From Prochlorococcus sp. AG-363-P15 (GTDB taxonomy: Bacteria > Cyanobacteriota > Cyanobacteriia > PCC-6307 > Cyanobiaceae), in the NCBI GenBank assembly GCA_003278175.1, contig QCGF01000001.1, positions 16,307-80,306 on the forward strand: 64,000 bases of DNA, in the 5' to 3' direction. The notes beneath the pieces were generated by a model that saw only the letters and a program-made list of their open reading frames with translations, was not told where the DNA came from and made no database searches. Positions 1 to 10,771 of this stretch are shown in pieces (positions within the stretch are counted from its first letter, which is position 1; each line of letters begins with the position of its first letter). A program made the position numbers and the translations under genes.

Positions 1-314
1 TCTATTACATTGAGCATGAAAAAGCTAATATTTATTTCTTTTCAGAAGAGAACTCTATTTAAATTTTTATTAGCTTTAAATTATCCAATAAAAGCATAGG
101 ATAATTTTTTAATCTTGAGAGGTGGTAGCCTTAAATGATTAAATAAAGAAGAAAATAATCAGAATATACTATAGATAGAATTTATTTAGAAAGAATCTTG
201 TGCTATTTATTTTATAACCTTTTTTCTTATTTTGACTCGCGATCCCTTACTTGGCTTGCCTTTAAAAGCTTTATAAATTTATTGCTTGTACTATTTTGGC
301 AACATTTAATTTAG

Positions 315-743
315 CTACATCTTAGTGCATGAATTTTTACGAATTATAATTTGGTATTTGATTAAAGGGTCAATTTCTCTTTTTTGTGTGGTTATTAAAT
401 TGAATGCTTTTTTTATATCTTCACATGCAGTAGAAACTTCCCCATTGAGCATATTAATTATTGCTCTATCTGAAAAAGCTTTGGGACTGTTGGGATATTT
501 TTTTATCATATCATTGCAGTTTTCAAGCGATTGCTTTAGATCTTCTTTATTAAATTTTTCTAAGCAAGAATTATTTATATTAACTTGTTGTAAATAAGGC
601 TTCTCTTTTTTGTCATTGGGTCTACATCCAATGACAAAAAAGCATATAGAGAATAAAAGAAATTTGAGAAGGTGTTTTTTATTAATAGCTATATCGATCT
701 CCTTTTTTGACTTTTGTGGGAGTTTCAGGCTCAACTTTTTCAT
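315..743 (-). CDS. Putative lipoprotein with a TPR-like repeat
   Basis: Hydrophobic stretch ending in lipobox-like VIGC, followed by TPR-like 'YPNSPKAFSDRAII..ACEDIKKA'. Start uncertain because of a 62-bp overlap with the upstream gene. Confidence 0.65.
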   Translation of the reverse strand: MKKLSLKLPQKSKKEIDIAINKKHLLKFLLFSICFFVIGCRPNDKKEKPYLQQVNINNSCLEKFNKEDLKQSLENCNDMIKKYPNSPKAFSDRAIINMLNGEVSTACEDIKKAFNLITTQKREIDPLIKYQIIIRKNSCTKM

Positions 744-1092
744 CTGGGACTTCTTCAGTCAGAGGTTCAATATTTTCTGCTGCAAAGAGATCTCCTAGAT
801 AGTTGCCACACTTTTCGAATTTTTCTGGATTTTGTACGACTGTTTCAATGATCATTACAGCAGCATGTTTAGGAGATGTTTTGAAAAAACTGCTTTTTTG
901 CCGTTTGATTATTTCGTACGATGCCTCCCAGCTCACTTGATGGCTGTTTCCAGTATTTCGCATAAAGCAGTAAACACTAGCTCCTTTTTCACCTATCGGA
1001 TCGCTTGCAAAACTAGGTAATCCTAGAAAGCTTGTGCAAATTACTCCTAAAGCGGTTAGGGGTAGGACTTTCAGACTTCGAGAATTCACCAT
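682..1092 (-). CDS. Conserved picocyanobacterial exported protein (DUF6554-like)
   Basis: Signal peptide, plus motifs YCFMRxxGN..SW, FKTSPxHAAVMI and CGxYLGDLF. Confidence 0.75.
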   Translation of the reverse strand: MVNSRSLKVLPLTALGVICTSFLGLPSFASDPIGEKGASVYCFMRNTGNSHQVSWEASYEIIKRQKSSFFKTSPKHAAVMIIETVVQNPEKFEKCGNYLGDLFAAENIEPLTEEVPDEKVEPETPTKVKKGDRYSY

Positions 1093-1275
1093 GGCCTTAT
1101 TGGGAGCAATTCACATTTCTAAATTATCTAGTGTTCAGTTTCTGTCCAGACTTTTTTAGGAAATGACGAGGTTTAGCCGACGTATTTACGCAATTAAAAT
1201 TTCTAAATGGTTTTTTTTAGACTTGAGGCATTCCAGTCTATGTGTTGTGATCATGTGAGATTTCTATCTTATTTT

Positions 1276-1563
1276 ATGGTGTCTTCATGCTCGTTCAGGA
1301 TTACGCGTACTGCAGAGGATCTTGCTCAGACAATTAATGCACTCTCGCAACGTCTTGTGAAATTAGAGGAACGCCTTCATTTTCTTGAAAAGCAGTTAAA
1401 CCAAGATACACAACAGCCTCCAGAAGAAGAATTAAAAATGTTAGACGGAGTTGATCAGTTATTAGCTGAGTGTCATGAGTTATTAGAAAGTTCTTCTAGC
1501 AATGGTTGTGATGATTTAGAGGATTTAACTTTTATAGGTGATGCAGATGAATTTGCAGCATAG
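1276..1563 (+). CDS. Conserved hypothetical coiled-coil protein
   Basis: ORF 1207..1563. The recognisable picocyanobacterial part 'FRITRTAEDLAQTIxALSQRLVKLExR' follows the ATG at 1276. Confidence 0.7.
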   Translation: MVSSCSFRITRTAEDLAQTINALSQRLVKLEERLHFLEKQLNQDTQQPPEEELKMLDGVDQLLAECHELLESSSSNGCDDLEDLTFIGDADEFAA

Positions 1564-1981
1564 TAATTTATATCTTTATCTATGAAAGGCCTCTTAGTTG
1601 ACTATAGGATAGTTCATTCTATTCTTTAAGGCCCTTCTTTGGTTTTAAATTCCTTGCCTCTGTCTTAGATGGCTTTAAGATTTTTTAGGGCTTTCGCTAA
1701 GGTAGTCCAATTACAGTATTGTTAGCTTCAATCAATCTAAAAAACATAATGCTGTTTTTGGCTTCTAGTTCCCTTGAGCTTAGATAAATATGGTAATAGC
1801 AGCTAATAGTGCTAGAAATCTAGAATACCTCTGCCAACTAATACTTGAAATTTGTCTTTTTGCAAAAATTAGCGAGCTTGAAAATTCAAGATTATTCTTT
1901 ACACACAATTTGGGTTAAACTTTAATTTAATGATTTGCAAAATTAGCTTAGTAATCAACTAATTCTTATGAGATCAGCAAC

Positions 1982-2173
1982 ATGAATGCTTCGCAATCGA
2001 AACGTGAGGCTTTTTTACGAACAGCTGTTAATTTTTTTGAGTCAGCTGGCATACATGCTCAAGCAGGTGATTTAAAGGCCTCAGCTAGTTGCATTTTGAA
2101 AGCTCTTGACCAAGAGAGAAGAGCAGGGGTGATAGGCCCTCAAGTTTTGCAACTAATTAAGCCAAGAGGATGA
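1982..2173 (+). CDS. Small conserved hypothetical protein
   Basis: 63-aa ORF with C-terminal 'ILKALDQERRAGxxGPQVLQLIKP', typical of picocyanobacterial small proteins. Confidence 0.65.
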   Translation: MNASQSKREAFLRTAVNFFESAGIHAQAGDLKASASCILKALDQERRAGVIGPQVLQLIKPRG

Positions 2174-2253
2174 AATGCTAATTTGCTGAGAGTTATTTAT
2201 GAATAAAGCTAAAATTTTCATATCTATGCGCAAAGATTTTTTCTTTTATGTTA

Positions 2254-2325
2254 AGCGGGTGACCGGATTTGAACCGGCGACGTTCAGCTTGGGAAGCTGA
2301 CATTCTACCGCTGAATTACACCCGC
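2254..2325 (-). tRNA. tRNA-Gly(CCC)
   Basis: Minus strand reads GCGGGTGTAATTCAGCGGTAGAATGTCAGCTTCCCAAGCTGAACGTCGCCGGTTCAAATCCGGTCACCCGCT: 7-bp acceptor stem, TCAGC/GCTGA anticodon stem around CCC, GTTCAAA T-loop. CCA is not encoded. Confidence 0.97.
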
Positions 2326-2370
2326 ATCTTTAATATTCTAATTTATTTTTTGGATGATTTAGTGATGTGT

Positions 2371-3519
2371 TTATTTAAGCATTTTTGCTGTAGCCGCTAT
2401 GCCTGCACCCATTTCCTTTTTTAAAAGATTTAAAGTTTGAAGAGAGGCTTCGATTGCTCCAATTGCAGTTAAAACATCTCTATCATTAACAAACCCTAAG
2501 TGTCCAATCCTGAAAACTTTTCCTTTTAAATGATCTTGACCACCGGCGAGAAGGATGTCAAATTTTTCTTTGACTATTTTTCGTAACTGTTCAGCATCAA
2601 TATTGTCAGGAGCAACAGCTGTTATTGCTGGACTTCCATGACCTTCTTCAGCAAATAGAGTTAGTCCCATTGCTTTTATTCCTGCTTGCGTTGCTGCACG
2701 ATGTCTAGCATGACGACTAAAAATTGATTGCAAGCCTTCTTCTTCCATCATTGTCAATGCAGCTTCTAAAGCGAAGTAAAGATTTACCGATGGTGTAAAT
2801 GGGTTGCTGTTATTAGCTGCAGTTTTGCGATAACTATTCAAATCTAGATAGAACTTTGGTAAATCAGATTGTTTTTGAGCCTCCCAAGCACGATCACTCA
2901 AGGCAATGAAGCTCAGGCCTGGTGGAATCATGTACCCCTTCTGGGATCCTGATGCGATTAAGTCTATTCCCCATTCATCCATAGGAACATTGCAAGCACC
3001 GAGACTGGTAACACAATCAGCAATGATTAAAGCTTTGCCATGACTTTGAACATGGCTGCTGATTCTTTGAAGGTCATTGATCACACCTGTGGAGGTTTCT
3101 GAGTGAGTAAGGATGACAGCCTTGATTTGTTTGTTGGTGTCTTCCAAAAGTATTTTTTGAAATTTTTCTGGATTGAGAGGAGTGCCCCACTCTTCTTTTA
3201 TAACTTCAACTTCTAGCCCAAATGCTTTGGCAACCTTGACCCACCTTTCTCCAAATTTGCCGTTATCTCCACAAAGCACTTTGTCTCCGCGGCTAAGTGT
3301 GTTGATAATTCCTGCTTCCATTGCGGCAGTTCCACTGCCTGTGATCGTCAGTACATCACACTTTGTTTGATGTAACCATTGAAGTTGTTTGGACGTGTGT
3401 CTGACTATTGCTTGAAATTCTTTACTGCGGTGGCCGATTGGGTGCTTACCTAGTGCTAGGAGTACTTTTTCTGGAACTGGTGTTGGCCCCGGAATCATCA
3501 GGGTTAGTTTGTCCTGCAT
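2371..3519 (-). CDS. Alanine-glyoxylate/serine-pyruvate aminotransferase family, class V PLP enzyme (cyanobacterial 'soluble hydrogenase 42 kDa subunit')
   Basis: MIPGPTPVP, HSETSTGV and SGSQKG (PLP lysine) motifs. Confidence 0.92.
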   Translation of the reverse strand: MQDKLTLMIPGPTPVPEKVLLALGKHPIGHRSKEFQAIVRHTSKQLQWLHQTKCDVLTITGSGTAAMEAGIINTLSRGDKVLCGDNGKFGERWVKVAKAFGLEVEVIKEEWGTPLNPEKFQKILLEDTNKQIKAVILTHSETSTGVINDLQRISSHVQSHGKALIIADCVTSLGACNVPMDEWGIDLIASGSQKGYMIPPGLSFIALSDRAWEAQKQSDLPKFYLDLNSYRKTAANNSNPFTPSVNLYFALEAALTMMEEEGLQSIFSRHARHRAATQAGIKAMGLTLFAEEGHGSPAITAVAPDNIDAEQLRKIVKEKFDILLAGGQDHLKGKVFRIGHLGFVNDRDVLTAIGAIEASLQTLNLLKKEMGAGIAATAKMLK

Positions 3520-3614
3520 GGTTGCGGGCTTCAGAATGAGTCATCCTAAAAAATCATTGAGCAGGTCGCTTTATCGTCAATTCGCAATCTGGGTCTAAAG
3601 GCTTAACTCTTCCT

Positions 3615-4745
3615 GTGTGGGTGACTGCCGCTGCCAAGGCTGCTACTGAAGCCTTGCTTGGTAAGCAGTTTCAGGTGGCTCAACAAATTCATTTACCTAA
3701 TCAAGAGGAACCATTGCGTGTTCCTGTGTCATCTGCTGCACTAATTGATGATAGAAAACAAGCCATTGGAACAAGTTATGCGCACTCTGGTATTGCCCTT
3801 GACTTAACACAAGGTTTAGAGATTTGGGCATGTGTTCAATTACAAAAGCAGCTTTCCGAGTTATCTGGGGAAGAGGACTCTGAAAAAGATTCTTGGTTAA
3901 CTCTTGTTGCGGGTGTTGGTGTAGGCAGATATCAATCTACTGCTGAGCTTTGTTTGTCTGGCTTTGCGCGTGAGTTGTTGCATTTGAATCTTCGGCCGTT
4001 GGTGCCAATTGGACAGACGTTGAGATTAGAGATTGTTTTTCCTGCTGGAAGGGAGTTGGCAAAGAGAACTAGTAATGAAGCTTTTGGAGTGGTTGATGGT
4101 TTGGCTTTAATCGGAACTCAAGCGGAGGCGCAAATAAGTTCTTCCCCTGAACAATTGCAAAGCAATATTGAGACCCTGCGTTCGATATGTGCTTCTTCTG
4201 GTTTTAGTGGCAAGTTGATTTTTGTAATTGGTGAAAATGGTTTTGACTTGGCTATGAAATTGGGCTTTTCATCTCAACAGATTTTGAAGGTTGGGAACTG
4301 GTTAGGTCCTTTGTTAGTTGCAGCAGCACAGTTTGGCGTACAACAACTTTTGTTAATTGGGTATCACGGCAAATTGATTAAACTTGCAGGAGGAATATTT
4401 CATACTCATCATCATTTAGCTGATGGTCGTTTGGAAGTACTCATGTCGTTGGCCGTTGCTGAGGACATTCCTTTGGATTTGATAAAGCTGATGGGCAAAG
4501 CAGATTCTGTTGAGGCAGCACTATTGCTATTAGAGGCATCCAATTTTGATCTTGCTCAAAATCTTTGGAAAAGGATTGCAGATGTTGTGGAGCAAAGAAG
4601 TAATGCTTACGTTAGGCATTACGGTTCATGGCCTATTCAGATAGGAGCAACATTATTTGATCGTCAGCGTCGAATTCGCTGGGTTGGACCATTAGGTTTT
4701 AAACAGCTTGAGGCTTTTGGGGTCTCTCTCGACAAGTTGGTCTGA
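3615..4745 (+). CDS. cbiD: Cobalt-precorrin-5B C1-methyltransferase
   Basis: AAAKAA, RTSNxAFGVVDGLALIGT and GYHGKLIKLAGGIFHTH. True start probably upstream (see findings). Confidence 0.93.
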   Translation: MWVTAAAKAATEALLGKQFQVAQQIHLPNQEEPLRVPVSSAALIDDRKQAIGTSYAHSGIALDLTQGLEIWACVQLQKQLSELSGEEDSEKDSWLTLVAGVGVGRYQSTAELCLSGFARELLHLNLRPLVPIGQTLRLEIVFPAGRELAKRTSNEAFGVVDGLALIGTQAEAQISSSPEQLQSNIETLRSICASSGFSGKLIFVIGENGFDLAMKLGFSSQQILKVGNWLGPLLVAAAQFGVQQLLLIGYHGKLIKLAGGIFHTHHHLADGRLEVLMSLAVAEDIPLDLIKLMGKADSVEAALLLLEASNFDLAQNLWKRIADVVEQRSNAYVRHYGSWPIQIGATLFDRQRRIRWVGPLGFKQLEAFGVSLDKLV

Positions 4746-4802
4746 TTCCTTATCTAATCTGATCAGTTCTTTATTCGGTTTTTACAAGCTTTTTTTGTTC
4801 AT

Positions 4803-6389
4803 ATGCTTAATTCCAATCTGGATGACAAACGGAAACCTGAGATCATCATTCTTGATTTTGGGTCCCAATACTCCGAGTTAATTGCAAGAAGGGTGCGAGA
4901 AAACAATGTTTTTTCTTTGGTGATGAGCTATCACACTTCTTCAAATGAATTGAAGAAATTGTCACCGAAAGGAATCATTCTTAGTGGGGGACCTCGCTCT
5001 GTTTATGCAGATGAGGCACCTTTCTGTGACGCTGGAATTTGGGATTTGGACATTCCCGTACTTGGGGTTTGTTATGGGATGCAATTAATGGTTCATCAGT
5101 TGGGTGGATCTGTTGAACCTGCTACTGGCAAGGCCGAATACGGTAAAGCACCTTTACAGGTCGATGATTCAACTTTATTGCTAAATGAGGTAATTAATGG
5201 CTCGACTATGTGGATGAGTCATGGAGATGCAGTGAAAGAATTACCTGATGGTTTTGTTCGTTTGGCTCATACAGCAAATACTGCTGAAGCGGCTATTGCT
5301 GACCATAAACGAAAACTATATGGTGTTCAGTTTCACCCTGAGGTTAATCATTCCACTTACGGAATGAAAATGATTAGGAATTTTGTATCTCAGATTTGTT
5401 GCTGCAAAGCTGATTGGACTACAACTGCTTTTATTGATGAATCAATAGCTCAAATTCGTGCACAAGTTGGAAAGCAAAAGGTTTTACTTGCATTATCAGG
5501 AGGGGTTGATTCATCAACCCTTGCTTTTTTATTGAATAAGGCAATAGGTGACCAGCTCACTTGTATGTTTATTGACCAAGGGTTTATGCGCAAAGGGGAG
5601 CCTGAATTTCTGATGGAATTTTTTGATAAGAAGTTTGATATTAATGTGGAATATATTAATGCACGCGAGCGTTTTATAAATAAACTCAAAGGCATTACTG
5701 ATCCTGAGCAAAAGCGAAAAATAATTGGCACTGAATTTATAAGAGTTTTTGAGGAAGAAAGTTCACGTCTGGGCCCATTTGATTATCTTGCACAAGGGAC
5801 TCTTTATCCAGATGTTATTGAGAGTGCGGGGACTAATTTAGATCCTAAGACCGGAGAAAGAGTTGCTGTTAAGATTAAAAGCCATCACAATGTTGGTGGT
5901 TTACCAAAAGATCTTCAATTCAAATTAGTTGAACCTCTAAGGCGTTTATTTAAAGATGAGGTTCGTAAGGTTGGGAGATCATTAGGCTTGCCTGATGAGA
6001 TAGTTAGGAGACATCCCTTCCCTGGCCCAGGATTGGCTATACGTATTCTTGGAGAAGTAACAAATCAAAAGCTTAATTGTTTGCGTGATGCGGATATGAT
6101 TGTTCGTGAAGAAATTAGAACTGCTGGAGTTTATAATGATTTATGGCAAGCATTTGCTGTTCTATTGCCTGTTTGTTCAGTGGGTGTCATGGGAGATAAG
6201 CGAACTTATGATTGGCCAATTGTGGTGCGCTGTGTCTCCAGTGAGGATGGAATGACTGCTGACTGGTCTCGATTGCCATATGAGATTTTAGAATGCATTT
6301 CTAATCGTATAGTTAATGAAGTTGATGGTGTGAATAGAGTTGTTCTGGATATAACAAGCAAGCCACCTGGTACAATTGAGTGGGAATAA
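4803..6389 (+). CDS. guaA: GMP synthase (glutamine-hydrolysing)
   Basis: [35 protein letters not shown] and KPPGTIEWE. Confidence 0.99.
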   Translation: MLNSNLDDKRKPEIIILDFGSQYSELIARRVRENNVFSLVMSYHTSSNELKKLSPKGIILSGGPRSVYADEAPFCDAGIWDLDIPVLGVCYGMQLMVHQLGGSVEPATGKAEYGKAPLQVDDSTLLLNEVINGSTMWMSHGDAVKELPDGFVRLAHTANTAEAAIADHKRKLYGVQFHPEVNHSTYGMKMIRNFVSQICCCKADWTTTAFIDESIAQIRAQVGKQKVLLALSGGVDSSTLAFLLNKAIGDQLTCMFIDQGFMRKGEPEFLMEFFDKKFDINVEYINARERFINKLKGITDPEQKRKIIGTEFIRVFEEESSRLGPFDYLAQGTLYPDVIESAGTNLDPKTGERVAVKIKSHHNVGGLPKDLQFKLVEPLRRLFKDEVRKVGRSLGLPDEIVRRHPFPGPGLAIRILGEVTNQKLNCLRDADMIVREEIRTAGVYNDLWQAFAVLLPVCSVGVMGDKRTYDWPIVVRCVSSEDGMTADWSRLPYEILECISNRIVNEVDGVNRVVLDITSKPPGTIEWE

Positions 6390-6402
6390 TACTTAGTATT
6401 TC

Positions 6403-7485
6403 TTGCATAATGCTTGGCATATAATGAGTATAATGCAAATTTCTTCGCTCATTAATAAAGCATTTATCAATATACTATTTTGTTTACTGTATGTTTCTAC
6501 AGCGCATGCTCAGGATACTTTTAATTATCTAAAATCAGGTATTGAAAAAGCAGAAAATGGTAAATTCATTGCCGCAATGATTGACCTGAAAAAGTCAATC
6601 GAAATAGATCCAAATAATCCGATTGCTTATTATAATATAGGGATAATTAAAGGTAAAATTATGGGAGAGATGAAAGATTCAATTTCTTACTTTACCAAGG
6701 CTATTCAACTAAATCCAGATTATGCTCTTGCGTATAATAATCGTGGCAATGCAAAAAAGAATCTAGGTGATTTCTCTGGAGCTTTATTGGATTATAATAA
6801 AGTAATAGAAATGGATCCTAATAATGATATTGCTCTATACAATCGTGGACTGATAAAGAATAAATTAGGTGATTATCTTGGGGCAACTAGTGATTATACC
6901 AGGTCTATAGAGATTAATCCTAGCAATGAATTTGCTTATAATAATAGGGGTAACTCCAAATATGAATTATTTGATTATAACGCGGCAATTTCTGATTATG
7001 ATAAGGCTATCGACTTGAATCCAGATTATTTGTACCCTTATTCTAATCGGGGCAGTGCAAGAAATAATTTAGGAGATTATATTGGTGCTATTAATGACTT
7101 TAGCCAAGTCATTAAGATGCAACCTGATGCTAGAGCATATTACAATCGTGGTAGTATTAAAAGTAAATCCATTAAAGAAAGTGACAGTGCAATTGCTGAC
7201 TTTAATAAGTCTATAGAGTTAGATTCTAATTATTTCCAATCTTATAATAATCGTGGCAATTTAAAGAAAAAGACTGGAGATATGGAAGGTGCAATAGCTG
7301 ATTTTACAAAAGCAATTAATATAAATCCTATTTATGCAATTGCGTATTACAATAGAGGAGTCACCAAGGATGAGCTTGGTGATAATTTAGGGGCATGCAA
7401 TGATTACAGCTTGGCCATTAAATTTGGCACATTAGATTTTGCTGATTGGATCAAAAGTCAAGTTAAAATTTCGTGTTCAAACTAA
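6403..7485 (+). CDS. Exported tetratricopeptide-repeat protein (about 9 TPRs)
   Basis: Repeated 34-aa units 'AYNNRGxxKxxLGDYxGAIxDYxKAIExNP' and a signal peptide ending AHA-QD. Real start is probably an ATG at 6424 or 6433. Confidence 0.9.
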   Translation: MHNAWHIMSIMQISSLINKAFINILFCLLYVSTAHAQDTFNYLKSGIEKAENGKFIAAMIDLKKSIEIDPNNPIAYYNIGIIKGKIMGEMKDSISYFTKAIQLNPDYALAYNNRGNAKKNLGDFSGALLDYNKVIEMDPNNDIALYNRGLIKNKLGDYLGATSDYTRSIEINPSNEFAYNNRGNSKYELFDYNAAISDYDKAIDLNPDYLYPYSNRGSARNNLGDYIGAINDFSQVIKMQPDARAYYNRGSIKSKSIKESDSAIADFNKSIELDSNYFQSYNNRGNLKKKTGDMEGAIADFTKAININPIYAIAYYNRGVTKDELGDNLGACNDYSLAIKFGTLDFADWIKSQVKISCSN

Positions 7486-7644
7486 ACTTATTTCCAATTT
7501 AGTAAATTTTGACTTCTTATTATGAAAATCTAGTTCTCTTTTCAGGGTGAAATTTATAAAAATATTTTTTTTTGTTTTCACATCAAGTTGGGACTGGTGC
7601 AATAGCTCATCTCTCGATACTCTAGGCCTCTGCTTATAAGTTCC

Positions 7645-8256
7645 TTGACAGCAGCCCTACAGCAGGACTTGCAGTTGCAACGTCGTCTTCATCAAGACAG
7701 TATTCAGCTTGCTGGCAAGACCATTTACATCAATCCATTTCTTTACTGGCGAAGGTTTGATAGCAATACTGATCGATGGTTGAGAGAACCTGGGCAGCTA
7801 GGAGAAGATCAAATAAAGCTCAATCGCAGTCGTTTTTATCCCGAGCTTGATTGGAGTGATTTAGATGAGGATGAATGTGCAATCAAAGATGCTGCCGTAG
7901 AAATGTTTCTTAAGAGTCTTGATTTAATAAGCACTTTCAATCCTGAACTGAATGCTGGTCAGCTTTTGGAGGTGGAACGCAAGATGTCCATTACAAAAAA
8001 GCTGTCGTTTGAACGTTGGGTAGAGAAGTCTTTTAGAAGGCGTTGGAAACAAGAGTCTCAAGATCGGAAACGGTTTGAGCGAGAGCGTTTTTGGAGGTCT
8101 TTAAAGGAATGGGTAGCTCATGAGACTACACAACAAGCTGTTGTGCCTTTTGTGGCGCTACTTTTTCTTTCGGGCTTTGTGGGCTGGTCTCTGGGTGTAT
8201 CAAATGTCAATTGTCCGCCATTTTTGATGCCTTCCGAGCAAACTGGGGTTAGATAG
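7645..8256 (+). CDS. Conserved picocyanobacterial membrane-anchored hypothetical protein
   Basis: 'INPFLYWRRFDSNTDRWLREPGQ' motif, C-terminal TM segment, usual position between guaA and mrdA. Confidence 0.85.
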   Translation: MTAALQQDLQLQRRLHQDSIQLAGKTIYINPFLYWRRFDSNTDRWLREPGQLGEDQIKLNRSRFYPELDWSDLDEDECAIKDAAVEMFLKSLDLISTFNPELNAGQLLEVERKMSITKKLSFERWVEKSFRRRWKQESQDRKRFERERFWRSLKEWVAHETTQQAVVPFVALLFLSGFVGWSLGVSNVNCPPFLMPSEQTGVR

Positions 8257-8270
8257 AAATTTAGGCTTTT

Positions 8271-8669
8271 ATGGCCGTTGATCCAATAGAAAACCTGCAC
8301 TTATCTTTTTTACAGGATGTTCTTCCAGTTGGAATGGCAGTGGTTGAACGGGCCAGGCAGGGTGGGGCTGGCAAAGTAGTTGAAGTGTTTACGTCTACAT
8401 CAGAGCCTTTAGATGCACTCCGCATAGAAGGAGAACCTTCAGCAAGACTTTTTCGAGACCGTCTTGATAAAATTAGTCCAGGGCTTGGAAACCCGGTTGT
8501 TTCAGTAGACGTAGCCGTTGAGACAACAACACCTCAATCTTCAGAGACTTTTGACCATACTTCTTTAATGGATTGTTTGGATAGAATTCAATTTGATATG
8601 AAAGAACTTGAGCATTTAATTTTGAATGACTCATCTGAACAGTCGATTTCTAAATCTGAGAAGTTTTGA
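8271..8669 (+). CDS. Conserved hypothetical protein
   Basis: 'QDVLPVGMAxxERARxGG' and 'LDxISPGLGNPV'; directly upstream of mrdA. Confidence 0.8.
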   Translation: MAVDPIENLHLSFLQDVLPVGMAVVERARQGGAGKVVEVFTSTSEPLDALRIEGEPSARLFRDRLDKISPGLGNPVVSVDVAVETTTPQSSETFDHTSLMDCLDRIQFDMKELEHLILNDSSEQSISKSEKF

Positions 8670-8674
8670 GATAG

Positions 8675-10495
8675 ATGAAGGAAATCGCTCAGCAAGATGT
8701 TAGTAATAATCGAAAAATAGGTTTAGATAATCAACCAAATGTTTTTTTGTTGATTTTGTTCATTCTCTTTGGAGCAATGACAGGTCGACTCTTTTGGTTG
8801 CAGGTTCTTCAAGGTTCTTTTTATAGGAAACTTTCTGATGAAAATAGAATTCGTTTAGTTTCACGCCCTCCGATACGTGGTCGATTACTTGATCTTCGAG
8901 GAAAGATTTTGGCTGATAGCAAGCTCACATATTCGCTTTCCGTGCAGCCTCGTTTAGTTGCTAAAGATAAATGGCCATCCTTGCTGGACCGCTTATCTGA
9001 TTACCTTCAGCTTCCGCAAGAATCTATGGATAATAGTTTTACTAGAGGTGTTATTAATGATCCTTTTAGGATTACTTTGGCAAGAGATTTAACTGCCAAA
9101 CAGGTTCTGAGATTTAAAGAAAGAGAGCAAAGTCTGACTGGTGCGCAGGTTGATGTGGAGTTGGTTCGTTATTACCCATATGGGACAGTTGCGTCTCATG
9201 TTTTGGGTTATACCCAACCTATTACTCAAAAAGAATTCACAGTTTTGCGTGAGAAAGGTTATGTCTTATCAGACCGTATTGGAAGAACTGGTGTCGAAGC
9301 TGCTTATGAAAAGATTTTGCGTGGAGAATGGGGTGGAGAAATGCTTGAAGTTGATGCTATTGGCACTGTTCAACGTAGTCTTGGGTTTAAGTCTCCAAAG
9401 GAAGGGAAGGATCTCTTTTTAACTATAGATTTGGATTTGCAGATTGCTGCTGAAAAAGCTCTTGATGATAAATCTGCTGGAGCTGTAGTTGCTCTTGATC
9501 CACATACAGGGGCGATTAGAGCAATGGCTAGTAGACCACACTTTGATCCAAACTTTTTTTCAAAGCCAATAATGACTCAAAAGGAATATGACGCACTTTT
9601 TTTATCTCCTTTAATGCCACTTTTTAGTAGAGCTATTAATGCATATGACCCTGGTAGTACTTGGAAGCCAGTCACAGCAATGGCTGGCATGGAGAGTGGG
9701 AAATTCCCATCGGATGTTCGTTTAAAAACAGTTTCTTGCATTAAGTATGGGAGTCATTGCTTCCCTGAACACAACAGGAGGGGATATGGCTGGATTGGTT
9801 ATGAGGATGCTTTGAGAGTATCAAGCAACACTTTCTTTTATCAGGTTGGTGTTGGTGTTGGAGATAGAGCTTTATATGAGGCTGCTGTTGAATTGGGTTT
9901 CAATGCACTTACAGGGATTGAAATTAGTTATGAAGAGAGTAAAGGAATAGTTGGGAACAAGGAATGGGCGGCAAAAGGGCGTGGCTGGGGTAAGCCTGGG
10001 CAAACCCCTTGGATTCCAGAGGATATTGCCAGTGCTTCTATAGGCCAGTCGGTTGTGCAAATTACTCCCTTGCAACTTGCACGTGCTTATGCTGTTTTTG
10101 CTAATGGCGGGTATTTAGTTACTCCTCATCTGGCTGATTTAGATGTTGATTGGACTTCATCAAAGTATCGCAAGCAAGTAAACATCATGCCGTCAACATT
10201 GGAGACAATACGTCGAGGCTTAAGGAAAGTTGTAGAGTCAGGTACAGGAGCTAACTTAACTTTAAGTTCTCCGACTCTTCCTCCAGTAGCAGGCAAGACA
10301 GGGACTGCGGAAGATAGTACCGGTGGGTCTGATCATGCGTGGTTTGTATGTTTTGCACCTTTTGAATCAAGTGAAATTGTGATTGTTGCTTTTGCACAAA
10401 ATACCCCTGGAGGGGGATCTGTGCATGCGTTGCCAATGGCTCGTCAAGTACTTGAAGTATGGAATCGGAATCGTTTAAACAAGGATTTGCAGTGA
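8675..10495 (+). CDS. mrdA: Penicillin-binding protein 2 (transpeptidase)
   Basis: N-terminal TM, PBP dimerisation domain, PGSTWK (SxxK), SSN (SxN) and KTGT. Confidence 0.95.
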   Translation: MKEIAQQDVSNNRKIGLDNQPNVFLLILFILFGAMTGRLFWLQVLQGSFYRKLSDENRIRLVSRPPIRGRLLDLRGKILADSKLTYSLSVQPRLVAKDKWPSLLDRLSDYLQLPQESMDNSFTRGVINDPFRITLARDLTAKQVLRFKEREQSLTGAQVDVELVRYYPYGTVASHVLGYTQPITQKEFTVLREKGYVLSDRIGRTGVEAAYEKILRGEWGGEMLEVDAIGTVQRSLGFKSPKEGKDLFLTIDLDLQIAAEKALDDKSAGAVVALDPHTGAIRAMASRPHFDPNFFSKPIMTQKEYDALFLSPLMPLFSRAINAYDPGSTWKPVTAMAGMESGKFPSDVRLKTVSCIKYGSHCFPEHNRRGYGWIGYEDALRVSSNTFFYQVGVGVGDRALYEAAVELGFNALTGIEISYEESKGIVGNKEWAAKGRGWGKPGQTPWIPEDIASASIGQSVVQITPLQLARAYAVFANGGYLVTPHLADLDVDWTSSKYRKQVNIMPSTLETIRRGLRKVVESGTGANLTLSSPTLPPVAGKTGTAEDSTGGSDHAWFVCFAPFESSEIVIVAFAQNTPGGGSVHALPMARQVLEVWNRNRLNKDLQ

Positions 10496-10521
10496 TTTTT
10501 GTATGTCTTTTAATAGTTAAC

Positions 10522-10728
10522 TTACGCAGCTTCACTAAGAATCAATTTTTCCGATAGCTTTCTTTCTAAGATCTTTTTCACTTCTGAAAGAGTGCATTTA
10601 TTTGTTCTAAAAGGGAGCAATAACATTGGACTTCGCTCCGGCCGTACCAACCATGTTTGGTTGGGTTGTCTGAGGAGTAGAAAACCTCGATATCGAATGG
10701 CAACGTTGTAATCGTGATTAAATCCCAT
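10522..10728 (-). CDS. Small conserved hypothetical protein (68 aa)
   Basis: ORF 10522..10770; probable start is the ATG at 10728 (MGFNHDY..YRGFLLL..WLVRPERSPM). Confidence 0.7.
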   Translation of the reverse strand: MGFNHDYNVAIRYRGFLLLRQPNQTWLVRPERSPMLLLPFRTNKCTLSEVKKILERKLSEKLILSEAA

Positions 10729-10771
10729 TTGATATAGCCAGGGTAACAATACAACCTTCAAAATATTCATA

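Noticed and set aside
1859-1947. Near-direct repeat TTTGCAAAA(A)TTAGC, two copies
   Set aside because: AT-rich, only two imperfect copies, no supportable function.
2174-2325. tRNA-Gly as an integration site
   Set aside because: No integrase and no duplicated tRNA 3' end noticed; the flanking genes look like core genes.
6360-7644. att duplication of the guaA 3' end
   Set aside because: No copy of ATTGAGTGGGAATAA found downstream of the TPR gene.
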